Source: a virus
Lineage: Duplodnaviria > Caudoviricetes
DNA length: 64,000 bases
IMG/VR virus record: IMGVR_UViG_3300034150_000083
Coordinates: 1-64,000 of that record
Reading direction: 5' to 3' (one strand)
Position numbers and translations under genes: made by a program. Positions 8,107 through 17,240 of the stretch are shown here, one piece after another. Below the pieces are notes generated by a model, which had not been told where the DNA came from, made no database searches, and saw only the letters and a program-made list of their open reading frames with translations. Numbering within the stretch: position 1 is the first letter of the stretch; each line of letters starts with the position of its first letter.

Positions 8107-8480
8107 CAGTCTTTGGCGCACACGCACAGTTCGGTAGCGTTCATGCAAGTGTGGCAGAAGGGCATCTTGTAGAGCGCCTTCTCCATCGAGTTCCGCTCGA
8201 CGATGATCCGGTTGCGCTCCCGGCGCTGGTTGAGGATCGTGGTCGCGTGGCCGCCCCCGATCGCGGCGATCGCCGCATCGCAGGCGGTCTCGAATTCCTC
8301 GATCGCAAAGGTGATCTGTCCGTTCACGGGTTCTCTCTTCTCCAGGTGGATCATGATGGCGGCGCGTTTCCCGCAGTCGTTGCAGATGCCCGTTTCCTGG
8401 TCGATCGACGGGTGGTAGCAGCACTTCCATTCGCCGGGCTGCGGCGGAAAGGTGAAATCCGGATCGCCGCCGAAGCTCAT
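8106..8480 (-). CDS. Cys-rich hypothetical protein
   Basis: CC..H, CNDC and CHTC..CVC motifs; ATGA coupling. Confidence 0.7.
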   Translation of the reverse strand: MSFGGDPDFTFPPQPGEWKCCYHPSIDQETGICNDCGKRAAIMIHLEKREPVNGQITFAIEEFETACDAAIAAIGGGHATTILNQRRERNRIIVERNSMEKALYKMPFCHTCMNATELCVCAKD

Positions 8481-8689
8481 AGCTTGTCCGTCTCGCAGAA
8501 GGTCGGATCGGAGACCGGGCGGTGCATGGCGCCGGGATCGTTGGCGACGACCCGCAGGAAATTGGCCAGCGCGCGGGTCTGCTCCAGGTTCAGTTTCACC
8601 GGCGCGGCGGAAAGCTCGACGGTCCACTCGCCCTCCCCGAGGGGAGGTGGCTCGTGGATGGTGGTGATTTTGATGGTGCCGAAGTCCAT
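8477..8689 (-). CDS. hypothetical protein
   Basis: MDFGTIKIT start with AAAGGAA SD. Confidence 0.6.
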   Translation of the reverse strand: MDFGTIKITTIHEPPPLGEGEWTVELSAAPVKLNLEQTRALANFLRVVANDPGAMHRPVSDPTFCETDKL

Positions 8690-8874
8690 GGGCGTTTGGT
8701 TCCTTTGAGTTTTTTGTAGAGTCCGGCGTTCGACCGCACGGAAATGACGAGAAAGGGTTGCTGGGAGCTGGCCCGGCCGGAAACGTGGCAGGCGGCGCAG
8801 GAGAATTCCCCAGTGCCGGGGATCAGCGTCACTTCCCGCGCCTCGCAGCTCGGGCATTTCAGGTCGGTAATCAT
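8596..8874 (-). CDS. zinc-ribbon protein
   Basis: CPSC...CAAC; start coupled to stop at 8871; 3' end overlaps next gene. Confidence 0.5.
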   Translation of the reverse strand: MITDLKCPSCEAREVTLIPGTGEFSCAACHVSGRASSQQPFLVISVRSNAGLYKKLKGTKRPWTSAPSKSPPSTSHLPSGRASGPSSFPPRR

Positions 8875-9044
8875 CGTTTGGGGGAGTCCGGCGGCGGCGG
8901 TCCCGTTACGTCCCACACTTCCGTGCCGGGGTTCCACATCATGGGCACTTTGCAGTTCATGCAGAAGTTGTTCTCCCGCGAGGTCGAGGCAAACGCCGGG
9001 AAATGGCCGAAAACCTTGCAGCCGAGCCGTTTCAGCCAGTTCAT
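8871..9044 (-). CDS. small phage protein, 57 aa (not in ORF track)
   Basis: MNWLKRLGCKVFGH...CMNC resembles the C-x2-F-G-H...CxxC small prophage proteins; SD GGAGGAG. Confidence 0.65.
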   Translation of the reverse strand: MNWLKRLGCKVFGHFPAFASTSRENNFCMNCKVPMMWNPGTEVWDVTGPPPPDSPKR

Positions 9045-9241
9045 TTGGAGGTGGCTCCTCCGGTGAGCCAGGGCCCCCGTTTGGGGAGGCGCGAATACAG
9101 CGCTTCCAGGTCTTCGTCCGAGAGGCGGTTGATGTCGTCCATCGAGATCTGCGTGATCTCGGTCCCGCCGAAGGTTTCCTCGATCACCTGGCGCGCGCGC
9201 TCGGCGCGCTTGGCGTCCCGGTCTCTCTCTTGCTTGGTCAT
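9041..9241 (-). CDS. hypothetical protein
   Basis: Strong SD AGGAGGT before MTKQERDR; an in-frame upstream ATG at 9331 is also possible. Confidence 0.65.
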   Translation of the reverse strand: MTKQERDRDAKRAERARQVIEETFGGTEITQISMDDINRLSDEDLEALYSRLPKRGPWLTGGATSK

Positions 9242-9327
9242 GCTACCTCCTGAATCAAACATCGCCAGCGTGATCCGGCAGATGATCAGCATCAGACTCT
9301 GGCGCGCGTCCATCTGTACAACCGTCG

Positions 9328-9510
9328 TCATTTGTTCTCCTGCTCCAGGAGGGGTTCGTCGCACTCGCAATACTGCTCGTCTTTCTGACACCGTACGCAG
9401 AAGCCGAACGGCTTCCGCATGACGCCGAGCGGGTCCACGCCCTGCGTTGGCCGGATCCGGCAGCCGGGGCAATGCGCCTCGTGGATCTCGAGCTTGATAG
9501 TGTCCGCCAC
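9328..9510 (-). CDS. Cys-rich small protein, probably leaderless
   Basis: GTG at 9510 lies 7 nt after the -10 of the 9518-9546 promoter; CPGC and CVRC..CEC motifs. Confidence 0.6.
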   Translation of the reverse strand: MADTIKLEIHEAHCPGCRIRPTQGVDPLGVMRKPFGFCVRCQKDEQYCECDEPLLEQENK

Positions 9511-9517
9511 GTTTCCG

Positions 9518-9560
9518 ATCTTACCCGGCTTTGCGCAAAGCGGCAAGGGCGTGTTATCGT
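9518..9560. promoter_or_regulatory. divergent promoters sharing a GCTTTGCGCAAAGC operator
   Basis: Minus: TTGCCG-17-TAAGAT (9546-9518); plus: TTGCGC-18-TATCGT (9531-9560); perfect 14-bp palindrome 9528-9541. Confidence 0.7.
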
Positions 9561-9662
9561 GAGTTGTCGCTTCACCTCGACATCGAGCGGCGTGTGCCAC
9601 CATCGCCAATGCCGTCCGCGCCGCTCGTCCCGTTCAAACAACGAAGGTGAACGGGAAAAGGG

Positions 9663-10025
9663 GTGAAGGTGGCTCAGGTAAGACTCATCGTCGAGGAATT
9701 AAAGGGTGGGCCGGACCTGACTCTGGTCCTCACCGGAGACGAGGCGGTCCTCGCCGTGGGCATGCTGGCCAATTCGATCGCCCAGATCGACGCCATGCTC
9801 GTTCCGCTCCTGGACGAGTACGGCGATGACCTCGACGAGCTGGAGCAGATGCTCGGCATGCTGCGCGAGACCGTGATCCGCACCGACCGATTGATCGCCA
9901 AGTTCCCCGACTCGCCCGCCAAAGTGCCCTATCACAAGGTGTCCACTGACGTGGGCGACAAACTCACCGCCATGCTGGCGACCTATCTGATGGTGCGCCG
10001 GGCCAAAGCCGCCCGGCAAAACTGA
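9663..10025 (+). CDS. hypothetical helical protein
   Basis: 120-aa ORF with high-GC3 codon use. Confidence 0.75.
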   Translation: MKVAQVRLIVEELKGGPDLTLVLTGDEAVLAVGMLANSIAQIDAMLVPLLDEYGDDLDELEQMLGMLRETVIRTDRLIAKFPDSPAKVPYHKVSTDVGDKLTAMLATYLMVRRAKAARQN

Positions 10026-10543
10026 TGACCGCCAACGATAAGTTGTTCCTCCAGGCGATCGGCATCAAGCCCGAGGAGATCGTGCCGGCGGCGGTCGCCG
10101 GCGCGCCGATGGCCTACGAGAAATGCCCCAACTGCGGCCGGAACCGCCACCGCTTCATCGAGGACGGGTTCTGCTTCTGCCTTTCGTGCGCGGCGCGCGA
10201 ACAGCGGGAAAAACGCTACGAGGCGGCGCTGGCCCGGGCCAATGCCGCCGCCGATCTGGACCGTCTGCATGTCAAGACCGTGGACGTTACCTACCGCGGC
10301 TTCCAGATCGCGCACCTCGACGGCGTGGGCTGGTGCTACCGCTGCCCGCCAGTCGAAATCTTCCGCCACTGGATGAAGGCCAACTCGTTTGAGGACGCCC
10401 AGCGCCGGGTCGACCGCATCGTCACCGCCGAGTCCAAGGAGTACGACGAGCCGATCGTCGCGCAGAACCAGTGCCGCGAGTGCGGCTCACCGTGCGGCCA
10501 GATGCGCTGGTGCGGGCCCTGCGGAAAGGCGAAGTTCCTATGA
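10025..10543 (+). CDS. multi zinc-finger protein
   Basis: CPNC, CFCLSC, CREC...CGPC motifs; TGATG coupling. Confidence 0.75.
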   Translation: MTANDKLFLQAIGIKPEEIVPAAVAGAPMAYEKCPNCGRNRHRFIEDGFCFCLSCAAREQREKRYEAALARANAAADLDRLHVKTVDVTYRGFQIAHLDGVGWCYRCPPVEIFRHWMKANSFEDAQRRVDRIVTAESKEYDEPIVAQNQCRECGSPCGQMRWCGPCGKAKFL

Positions 10544-10878
10544 AAACCAACGGGGCCGACATGCAGATCGCCGAGTGGCGCGACCGCTACGACGAGATGA
10601 AGCACAGCGAACGGATGGCGGTGCGCGCCAACATTGAGCTCCAGAAGGCGATCGGCAAGGAGCGCGATCAGGTGGAGCGGTTGCGCAACGCGCTCTTCGT
10701 GCTCAACGCGCGGTTCCATTCGGTCTGCAACTCGATCGGCCCGCATGTGTCGGCTCTCTACCTGGAAGATCTCGCCGAAGTCAGAGCGCTTCTCGGGGGT
10801 GTTAGTATTTCTTCGAAGGAGCCAGCATGCCCTACGACACACCAGTCCAAGACGCCCCCGTCCAGGAAGAATACCTGA
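10540..10878 (+). CDS. coiled-coil hypothetical protein
   Basis: ATGA coupling at 10540. Confidence 0.65.
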   Translation: MKTNGADMQIAEWRDRYDEMKHSERMAVRANIELQKAIGKERDQVERLRNALFVLNARFHSVCNSIGPHVSALYLEDLAEVRALLGGVSISSKEPACPTTHQSKTPPSRKNT

Positions 10879-11513
10879 ATCCCCCGGTAGTCACTCCCGT
10901 TGAAGTGACTCCCCTCGTCATCGAACCGCCCACTGCCGAACAGTTGACCGTTTTGCTGACGGCCATCCGGAGGATCGCGCCCTTGAGCGCGCGGCGTGTC
11001 GTCGAAATCATCGATGCCTTCGCCCTGCACTACTATCCCGATGGCTGGCCCGAGCCGGGTCCGCCCGAGCCGCCGCCCGATACGGTCATGAACAATTCGA
11101 TCAGTTCGGCCTCGATCCTCACGCTCTCGACGGTGCCCAAGGAAGTAGTGCCGCTGTTCCCCGCCGGCTCCGCGCTCGAATTCCGCGGGTGCGCGGTCAC
11201 CTTCACGTTCGGCACGCTCCCGTATGTCGACGCGGGCGGCTTGGCCGCTCTCCAGATGAAGATCGGCGACGTGGTGGTGTCCGAAGACCTCTCGTGCGGA
11301 TTCATGTTGGGTTCGGCGAGTTCGACGGCGGCGTTTACCGCGCTCCCCGGCATCGCGCTCCAGCCCGATCTGCCGATGACGCTCGTCATGGTAGGCGGCA
11401 CGCTGACCGGCGGCGATTCAAGCATGATGCTCGACATCACCTACGGCAAGCATCCGCCCTCCGGTGCTGCCGCCGCCGCCTCGATTCCTCCGTTTAAGTT
11501 TGGAGTTGAATAA
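10827..11513 (+). CDS. putative virion decoration-type beta-sandwich protein
   Basis: Pro-rich N-terminus then beta-rich Gly/Thr domain similar in pattern to 22051-22470. Confidence 0.5.
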   Translation: MPYDTPVQDAPVQEEYLNPPVVTPVEVTPLVIEPPTAEQLTVLLTAIRRIAPLSARRVVEIIDAFALHYYPDGWPEPGPPEPPPDTVMNNSISSASILTLSTVPKEVVPLFPAGSALEFRGCAVTFTFGTLPYVDAGGLAALQMKIGDVVVSEDLSCGFMLGSASSTAAFTALPGIALQPDLPMTLVMVGGTLTGGDSSMMLDITYGKHPPSGAAAAASIPPFKFGVE

Positions 11514-11722
11514 TGCCTGACGAAACTATCGAAGAAACCGTCCTCGTTGAAGAACGCGAAGTCCTGCCGCCGCCGACCATCGAGGAATTGCACACCTTCC
11601 TGCTCCAGGTGCGCGAGGCTGCTTATATCTCGGCGCTCCAGACCGCCGTCCTCATCGACGACTGGATGGCGAAGTATCCGCTCCCGCCGCCGCCCGAAGC
11701 AGACGAAGAAGCCGCGGCGTAA
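11513..11722 (+). CDS. small acidic hypothetical protein
   Basis: TAATG coupling, SD GGAG. Confidence 0.65.
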   Translation: MPDETIEETVLVEEREVLPPPTIEELHTFLLQVREAAYISALQTAVLIDDWMAKYPLPPPPEADEEAAA

Positions 11723-11754
11723 CGATTCCGGCCGCTTAGGTTCCTTGTAGGGCC

Positions 11755-11811
11755 GGGCCAACACGCGAGGCGCGGCATGGTGTTCGGACGACCCATGCCG
11801 CGTCGTTGGTC
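11755..11811 (+). other. long bulged hairpin upstream of terL
   Basis: GGCGCGGCATGG / CCATGCCGCGTC inner stem with TGTTCGGACGAC loop; outer GGCCAAC / GTTGGTC. Confidence 0.6.
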
Positions 11812-11827
11812 TTATACTCCCTTGTAA

Positions 11828-13804
11828 GTGGCACGTCCCAACAAACCCTCCCAACCTCAGCCGGAAATCCAGCTCACCTCCGAACAGGCCGCGCTCACGA
11901 TCGGCTCCTACAACCGCACCAAATTCATCCACAACGGGCAGCTCGTCTGGGAAGCCAATCCCGGCATGCAGGAGATGATCTTTTACTGGAGTAATCCGGA
12001 GGGCGTCGTCTTCCTCGACCCGGTCACCCACGCGCCGCTGCCGCCCAACAAAAAATTCATTTGCGATGAGATCCTCGCCGGGGGCCCTCGCGGCGGGGGC
12101 AAGACCAGCGCCGGGATCGCGTGGGCCGCGCTCTATGTCCACGAACCGAAATACGTGGGCACGCTCCTTCGCTTAAGTAACGAAGCGATGAAAGAGACCA
12201 TTGAAAAGGCCTGGTCGGTTTACAGGTTGATGGGCGCGGTGAAGAAGGGGAATCCAACCAGTTTCATGTTCCCCACGGGGGCGATGATTTATACGGGTTA
12301 TTTGAAGGACGATGCCTCATTCGAGCAATACAGGGGGCACGAGTATCACCGCATCGTTATAGAAGAGGCCGAGCAGATCAAATCGGAAGCGCTCTATGCC
12401 GCCATTCTGAGCTCGAATCGCACGTCAGTGCCGGGCCTGCGGCCGCAGATCCTCCTGACCGCGAATCCCGATGGTCCCGGCGCGCACTGGCTCAAAGCAA
12501 GGTTCGTCAAAGTGCGCCGCCACGCCAACGGCGAACTGTTTCCTTACGGGACGCCCATCTTCGATCCGCACTCGCGGCGCGTGAAGATCTACCTGCACGG
12601 ACCCTTGAAGGACAATCCGCAATTGCTCGCGCAGGACCCGCATTACGCCGATCGCCTCAACGATCCCTCGCATCCGGAGTCCCGCCGGCGCGCGTGGATC
12701 GACGGCGACTGGGACATAAGCGCCGGCATGTTCTATCCCAATTTCCGCCCGCGGCTGTTGTCGCAGGAAATGAAGGAATTTCCCGAGGCGTACCATGTGA
12801 TCCCCTCGTACACGATCCCGGCCTGGTGCCATCGCTGGATGAGTTGCGATTGGGGCCACAAGCATCACACGGCGGTCTATTGGTACGCACTCGCGCCGGA
12901 CAAACGCATTCACGTCGAAGACGAGCTGGTGATGGCGGGCCTCGGCGCCGATGAGCTTGGCGCGGAGATCGCCCGGCGCTCTCTCGCCATGCTCGAGCGC
13001 ATGAAGGAGCCGCGCCTCCGCTGCTATCTCTCGCCCGATGCGTTTCAAGTTCGCGACAAAGATCACATGATCAGTGATCAGATCGCGTACGGCGTGCAAC
13101 GGATCCTCGGCCCGGGCAGTTCAGTGATTATGGAGTTCACGCCGCAGGAGCTGGCCATCTCGAAGCAGGATCCGCCGGGCGCGATGCGGATGCGGGAAGA
13201 GCGCCTCGCGCAATCCGACCTCGACGGGTCTTCGATCTGGTTCACGCGCGCCAACTCCGCGCGCGAGGCCGGGTGGGAATTCATCCGGGGCCTGTTCCGC
13301 TATCAGCCGCTCAGGCGCAAGGCTCAACCCGACGAGCAGTTCGCCGAGATGATCATGCGAACCAAGGGGATCGTGGCCTACCAGAAGTACATGGACATGT
13401 TCAACGTCCAGCACGATGAAGTGCTGCCCCGGGTCCGGATCCATGACAAGTGCGCCATCCTCATTGAAACGATTCCGAAACTGATCTCGGATTACCCCAA
13501 CAACCCGGAAGACGTGAAGAAGTTCGATTCGACCGAGACGACGATCGGCGACGATCCGGCCGATTCGTTCCGCTACGGCTGTATGGGGTTCCGCGATCAC
13601 GAGTCGAAAGTGCCGCGCGAGATCTATATCGGCGAGGAGATCGACCGGATCGCCGCGGCCAACGTGCAGGACCAGGACTACAACATGAAGATCATGATCG
13701 CCCAGCAGGCCCAGAGAAGATACGATAAGCAAAACAATGCCAGCGAGTCCTGTATTTTATGGCGTGACGCTATGCTACTGAGGAAAGGTCAGATCAACAA
13801 ATGA
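11828..13804 (+). CDS. terL: terminase large subunit
   Basis: Walker A GGPRGGGKT, Walker B IVIEEAEQI, LTANP motif, RNase H-like nuclease CDWG...DDPADSFRYG. Confidence 0.93.
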   Translation: MARPNKPSQPQPEIQLTSEQAALTIGSYNRTKFIHNGQLVWEANPGMQEMIFYWSNPEGVVFLDPVTHAPLPPNKKFICDEILAGGPRGGGKTSAGIAWAALYVHEPKYVGTLLRLSNEAMKETIEKAWSVYRLMGAVKKGNPTSFMFPTGAMIYTGYLKDDASFEQYRGHEYHRIVIEEAEQIKSEALYAAILSSNRTSVPGLRPQILLTANPDGPGAHWLKARFVKVRRHANGELFPYGTPIFDPHSRRVKIYLHGPLKDNPQLLAQDPHYADRLNDPSHPESRRRAWIDGDWDISAGMFYPNFRPRLLSQEMKEFPEAYHVIPSYTIPAWCHRWMSCDWGHKHHTAVYWYALAPDKRIHVEDELVMAGLGADELGAEIARRSLAMLERMKEPRLRCYLSPDAFQVRDKDHMISDQIAYGVQRILGPGSSVIMEFTPQELAISKQDPPGAMRMREERLAQSDLDGSSIWFTRANSAREAGWEFIRGLFRYQPLRRKAQPDEQFAEMIMRTKGIVAYQKYMDMFNVQHDEVLPRVRIHDKCAILIETIPKLISDYPNNPEDVKKFDSTETTIGDDPADSFRYGCMGFRDHESKVPREIYIGEEIDRIAAANVQDQDYNMKIMIAQQAQRRYDKQNNASESCILWRDAMLLRKGQINK

Positions 13805-14157
13805 GTCCTTCCATGGAAGAATTGGGCGCGGCCCCCGCTTCGCTCGAAGAAGAAGCCGCCCCGATCGGGCGCTCTACCGCCGCCGGCCCGGTCCCGAAAA
13901 CGGGCGGAACCTCGGTCACTCACGAGTCGGTCAACTACACCTCGGCGGCCGAGCGCTGCGAGACCTGCGAATACTTCGACGAGAACGCCTTCATGTGCAA
14001 GAAGCACAAGTTCGATGCCGAGCCGCAGGGACACTGCGACAGTTTCGAAGTGATGGGCGGCGAGGGCGGCTCCGAGCTTCCCGAAGGCGAGGGCGAAGAG
14101 GATATGGCTGACCTCGAGGAAGAACCCGAAGAGCTGGAAGAGGAAGAAGCGTACTGA
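13801..14157 (+). CDS. acidic protein with HiPIP-like four-Cys motif
   Basis: Y-x5-CETC-x9-C-x10-GHC. Confidence 0.6.
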   Translation: MSPSMEELGAAPASLEEEAAPIGRSTAAGPVPKTGGTSVTHESVNYTSAAERCETCEYFDENAFMCKKHKFDAEPQGHCDSFEVMGGEGGSELPEGEGEEDMADLEEEPEELEEEEAY

Positions 14158-14162
14158 CCGCC

Positions 14163-14555
14163 ATGCGCCCCGGCCTCTGGTCCTCGTTCCTCATGTGGAT
14201 ACCCGGCGTGCGCCAGGCGTTCGACACCGCCAACGAGAAGGCGCTCGAGGCGGCGCGGTTCCAGGGCGAAATACTCGCCATGCGTGCAAGACTCGAAGCG
14301 TTAGAGACCGAACGGATCGACTTGAACCGGGAGAAGGACGCCGCCTACAAGCTCGTGATCAACATATTCTCCCAATATTCCTGGGGGAAGAAGCAGTTCG
14401 AGGATATCGGCGGCATGCCCCCGCAGTTCCACCCGCAGGGCGGCGCGATCGAGGGCGACACCGTCAACGCCTCGACGCTGATGGCGCGCCTGAAGGGCAA
14501 GGCTTTCGAGGACTTCTACCGCGAGATGGACGCCATGAACGCAGGGAGCGACTAG
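14163..14555 (+). CDS. coiled-coil hypothetical protein
   Basis: 130-aa ORF in packaging operon. Confidence 0.75.
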   Translation: MRPGLWSSFLMWIPGVRQAFDTANEKALEAARFQGEILAMRARLEALETERIDLNREKDAAYKLVINIFSQYSWGKKQFEDIGGMPPQFHPQGGAIEGDTVNASTLMARLKGKAFEDFYREMDAMNAGSD

Positions 14556-14966
14556 ATGGCAGACTACAACGGACGGCCCATTACACGCTACGGATCGCCA
14601 GCGACCAAGTTCAACACGCCGCTCTCGTTCGACGAGGAGTTGAAATTCCAGAAGCACAAAGAGAAGTACTCGCCGCGCGATTCCGGAGAAGATTACGACG
14701 AACGCGGCGCTTGGCTCGCTGGCCAGCAATCCGATCAGACCAAGGGCGAGCACGGTTCCGACCGCTGGAAGAAGCCTAACCATCCCACGCAGTCCGACGA
14801 GAGCATCTATGCCGGACATGGGCCCGCCGGCAAGTGGCTGCCCGAGGGCGGATACGTGCCGCACGGCGGGCTGCTCAAAGCCAAGCTCCAGGACGACATC
14901 AAAGCCGCCGATCCGCGTACCGAGCCATCCATGCGCGCCCGCAACGCTTGGGAGAGAGATAAGTGA
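14556..14966 (+). CDS. hypothetical protein with YDxRGAW and KKPNHPT motifs
   Basis: SD GGGAG; motif-rich sequence; function unknown. Confidence 0.7.
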   Translation: MADYNGRPITRYGSPATKFNTPLSFDEELKFQKHKEKYSPRDSGEDYDERGAWLAGQQSDQTKGEHGSDRWKKPNHPTQSDESIYAGHGPAGKWLPEGGYVPHGGLLKAKLQDDIKAADPRTEPSMRARNAWERDK

Positions 14967-17218
14967 TCGCCGATACCGATTCGAAAACAGTCATCACGCC
15001 CGCTGACTTCGTCAAGAGTTACTCAGGCCAGCTCGGCAAGTGGATCTTAGAAGACCTCGACCGCCCGCTCTCGGCCGCGCGCACCGCGCAACTGCTGAGA
15101 GCCAAGCGCGCCCTGTTCTATTGGGAAGGAAAACAGTACGGCCACCTCGCGTGGGACTCGCACATGGGGAGTTTCGATTGGGTGCCGATGGATTTTAAAG
15201 AGGAAACGCAAAGGGTTTTTTCGAACGTTTACAACATCATCTTCTCCGATGGGCAGAAGTTCAACAGCCTCGTGGGCCAGCGCCGGCTGAATCAGAAAGC
15301 CGTGCCGGACGACTCGCAGAACAGTTCGCAGACCGAGGTCGCCTCGAAGGCGAACACCATGGCGCGGCATCTGCTCAGATATTGGAAACTGCAGCGCCGG
15401 GCGCCGAATGAAATTGCCGAGGTCATGTGGAACACCGGACCCTGCTACGGGTTCGTGGAGCATGTCATCGACGGGCGCAAACACGGCTATCACACCGAAC
15501 CCGTGTACGGCATGGAAGAAGTCGCCGGCCCCGGCGAACTCATGTGCGTGACCTGCGGCGCGAAGTCTCCCGAAGGCAGCCCGCAGTGCATCAACTGCGG
15601 CGCGCCGCTCGATCCCGCCACTTCCCCGATGATTCCAGGACCCCCGATCCAGCAGACCATCCAGCAGGGCGAGGAAATGTACGCCAAAGGGATGCCTGAG
15701 CTTGAGCTGCTCTCCTGCGTCCAGGTGATGACGCCATATGAATGCAAATGGATCGACGACGACTGCGAGTGGCTCGACTACTCGTTCCCGCTGAGTAAGC
15801 AAAAAGCGAAGCTCGTCATGCAGCGGCTGAATGCGGCCAAGAAGGACATGACGGCGATCTCGGACTGGGACTCGGACGAGAACGTGGCCGAAGCCGCCCG
15901 CATTCTCGAAGAAATTCAGAATCCGAACGACCGCACCATCGATCGCGTGCAGGAAACGGTGTCGTACGGGCGAAGGTGGCTCAATCCCAAGGCGTACGAC
16001 GGCATGCCGCGCGATATGCGCCGCGCCTGCGAGAAGATTTTCGAGGACGGCTGCGTCATTCACCGCATGGGCGGTCGCCCGGTGGCGGCGATGCCCGCGA
16101 AAATGACCGAGCACTGGAGTGTCTGCAAAACGGGCACCAATGCGTATATCAACGGGCCGGGCCTCTGCCACAACATCATGGGCCAGCAGGACTCGATCAA
16201 CAATTTCTGGAATTGCGCCGATGAGACGGTGATGCGCGGCATCCCCAAACACATTGTCGACTCGCAGATCCTGAACCCCGAGACGGTCAAGAAATCCGGC
16301 AGCGTGGGCGAACTGCTGTTCACCAGGACGGGCGGCGTCGACCTGTCGAAGGCGTTCGTGACCATTCCCACCGCCGTGCTCCACAGCGGACTGATGCCCG
16401 TCGCGGAGATGATGCGCAACTACACGCGCGAAGCCGACAACATTCAGCCGGCCCTGTTCGGCGGCGGCGATCCCGCTCCGACCTGGCGCCAGGATCAGCA
16501 GCAAAAAGCCGGGGCGTTGCAGGGACTGCAGTTACCGTTTGAGTCGATGCAGGGATTCATCAGCGACATATTAGAGGATGGCGTGCGGCTCGGCGCGCGG
16601 CACGGCGTAGGCGAAGTGTCCGTGCCATCCACCGGGTTCGGCGAAGTCGGCGAGTCGGTCGACATGGAGCAACTCGAAGAAGTGGGTTGGCATATCGAAG
16701 CCGCCGACACGGCGCCGCAATCGTTCAACGAGAAAGTCACGAAGTTGTCCGGCCTCGCGCAGGAAGCGCCGCAATTGGCCCAGTCGATTGGATTGGGCCA
16801 TCCGATCAACGCGGCGCAGACGAAAACCTACTTTGGGGTCGACGACTTTTACGCCCCGGGCGAATTCGTTTTCACCATGGTGATGAACCGCATCCAGCAG
16901 TTACTCGCCATGCCGCCGATCCCGCCGCCGATCGATCCGAATACCGGCGCGCCCATGATCGACCCGGCAACCATGCAGCCGATGCCCGAGACCACTTCGA
17001 TCCCGCCCGATCCATTCTTAGACCAGGATCACGCGACCATCGCCACCATGATCCGCGAGTGGTGCATGAGTCCGGCGGGCCAGCAGGCCGAGCAGGACCC
17101 GGCGGTATTTTTCCAGAATGTGAAGCTCCACGGCATGGCGCAGGACATGGCCGCGCAGGCCGCCATGATGGCGATGCAAGCGCCTCCGCCCGAAGAAGGC
17201 GCTGCCCCTCCGCAATAA
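14963..17218 (+). CDS. portal protein with inserted zinc ribbon
   Basis: 751 aa, follows terL and precedes scaffold/capsid; Pro/Gln-rich C-terminal tail typical of P22-like portals; CVTC...CINC insertion. Confidence 0.8.
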   Translation: MIADTDSKTVITPADFVKSYSGQLGKWILEDLDRPLSAARTAQLLRAKRALFYWEGKQYGHLAWDSHMGSFDWVPMDFKEETQRVFSNVYNIIFSDGQKFNSLVGQRRLNQKAVPDDSQNSSQTEVASKANTMARHLLRYWKLQRRAPNEIAEVMWNTGPCYGFVEHVIDGRKHGYHTEPVYGMEEVAGPGELMCVTCGAKSPEGSPQCINCGAPLDPATSPMIPGPPIQQTIQQGEEMYAKGMPELELLSCVQVMTPYECKWIDDDCEWLDYSFPLSKQKAKLVMQRLNAAKKDMTAISDWDSDENVAEAARILEEIQNPNDRTIDRVQETVSYGRRWLNPKAYDGMPRDMRRACEKIFEDGCVIHRMGGRPVAAMPAKMTEHWSVCKTGTNAYINGPGLCHNIMGQQDSINNFWNCADETVMRGIPKHIVDSQILNPETVKKSGSVGELLFTRTGGVDLSKAFVTIPTAVLHSGLMPVAEMMRNYTREADNIQPALFGGGDPAPTWRQDQQQKAGALQGLQLPFESMQGFISDILEDGVRLGARHGVGEVSVPSTGFGEVGESVDMEQLEEVGWHIEAADTAPQSFNEKVTKLSGLAQEAPQLAQSIGLGHPINAAQTKTYFGVDDFYAPGEFVFTMVMNRIQQLLAMPPIPPPIDPNTGAPMIDPATMQPMPETTSIPPDPFLDQDHATIATMIREWCMSPAGQQAEQDPAVFFQNVKLHGMAQDMAAQAAMMAMQAPPPEEGAAPPQ

Positions 17219-17240
17219 TCTCGTGTTATAAATATCTGCA

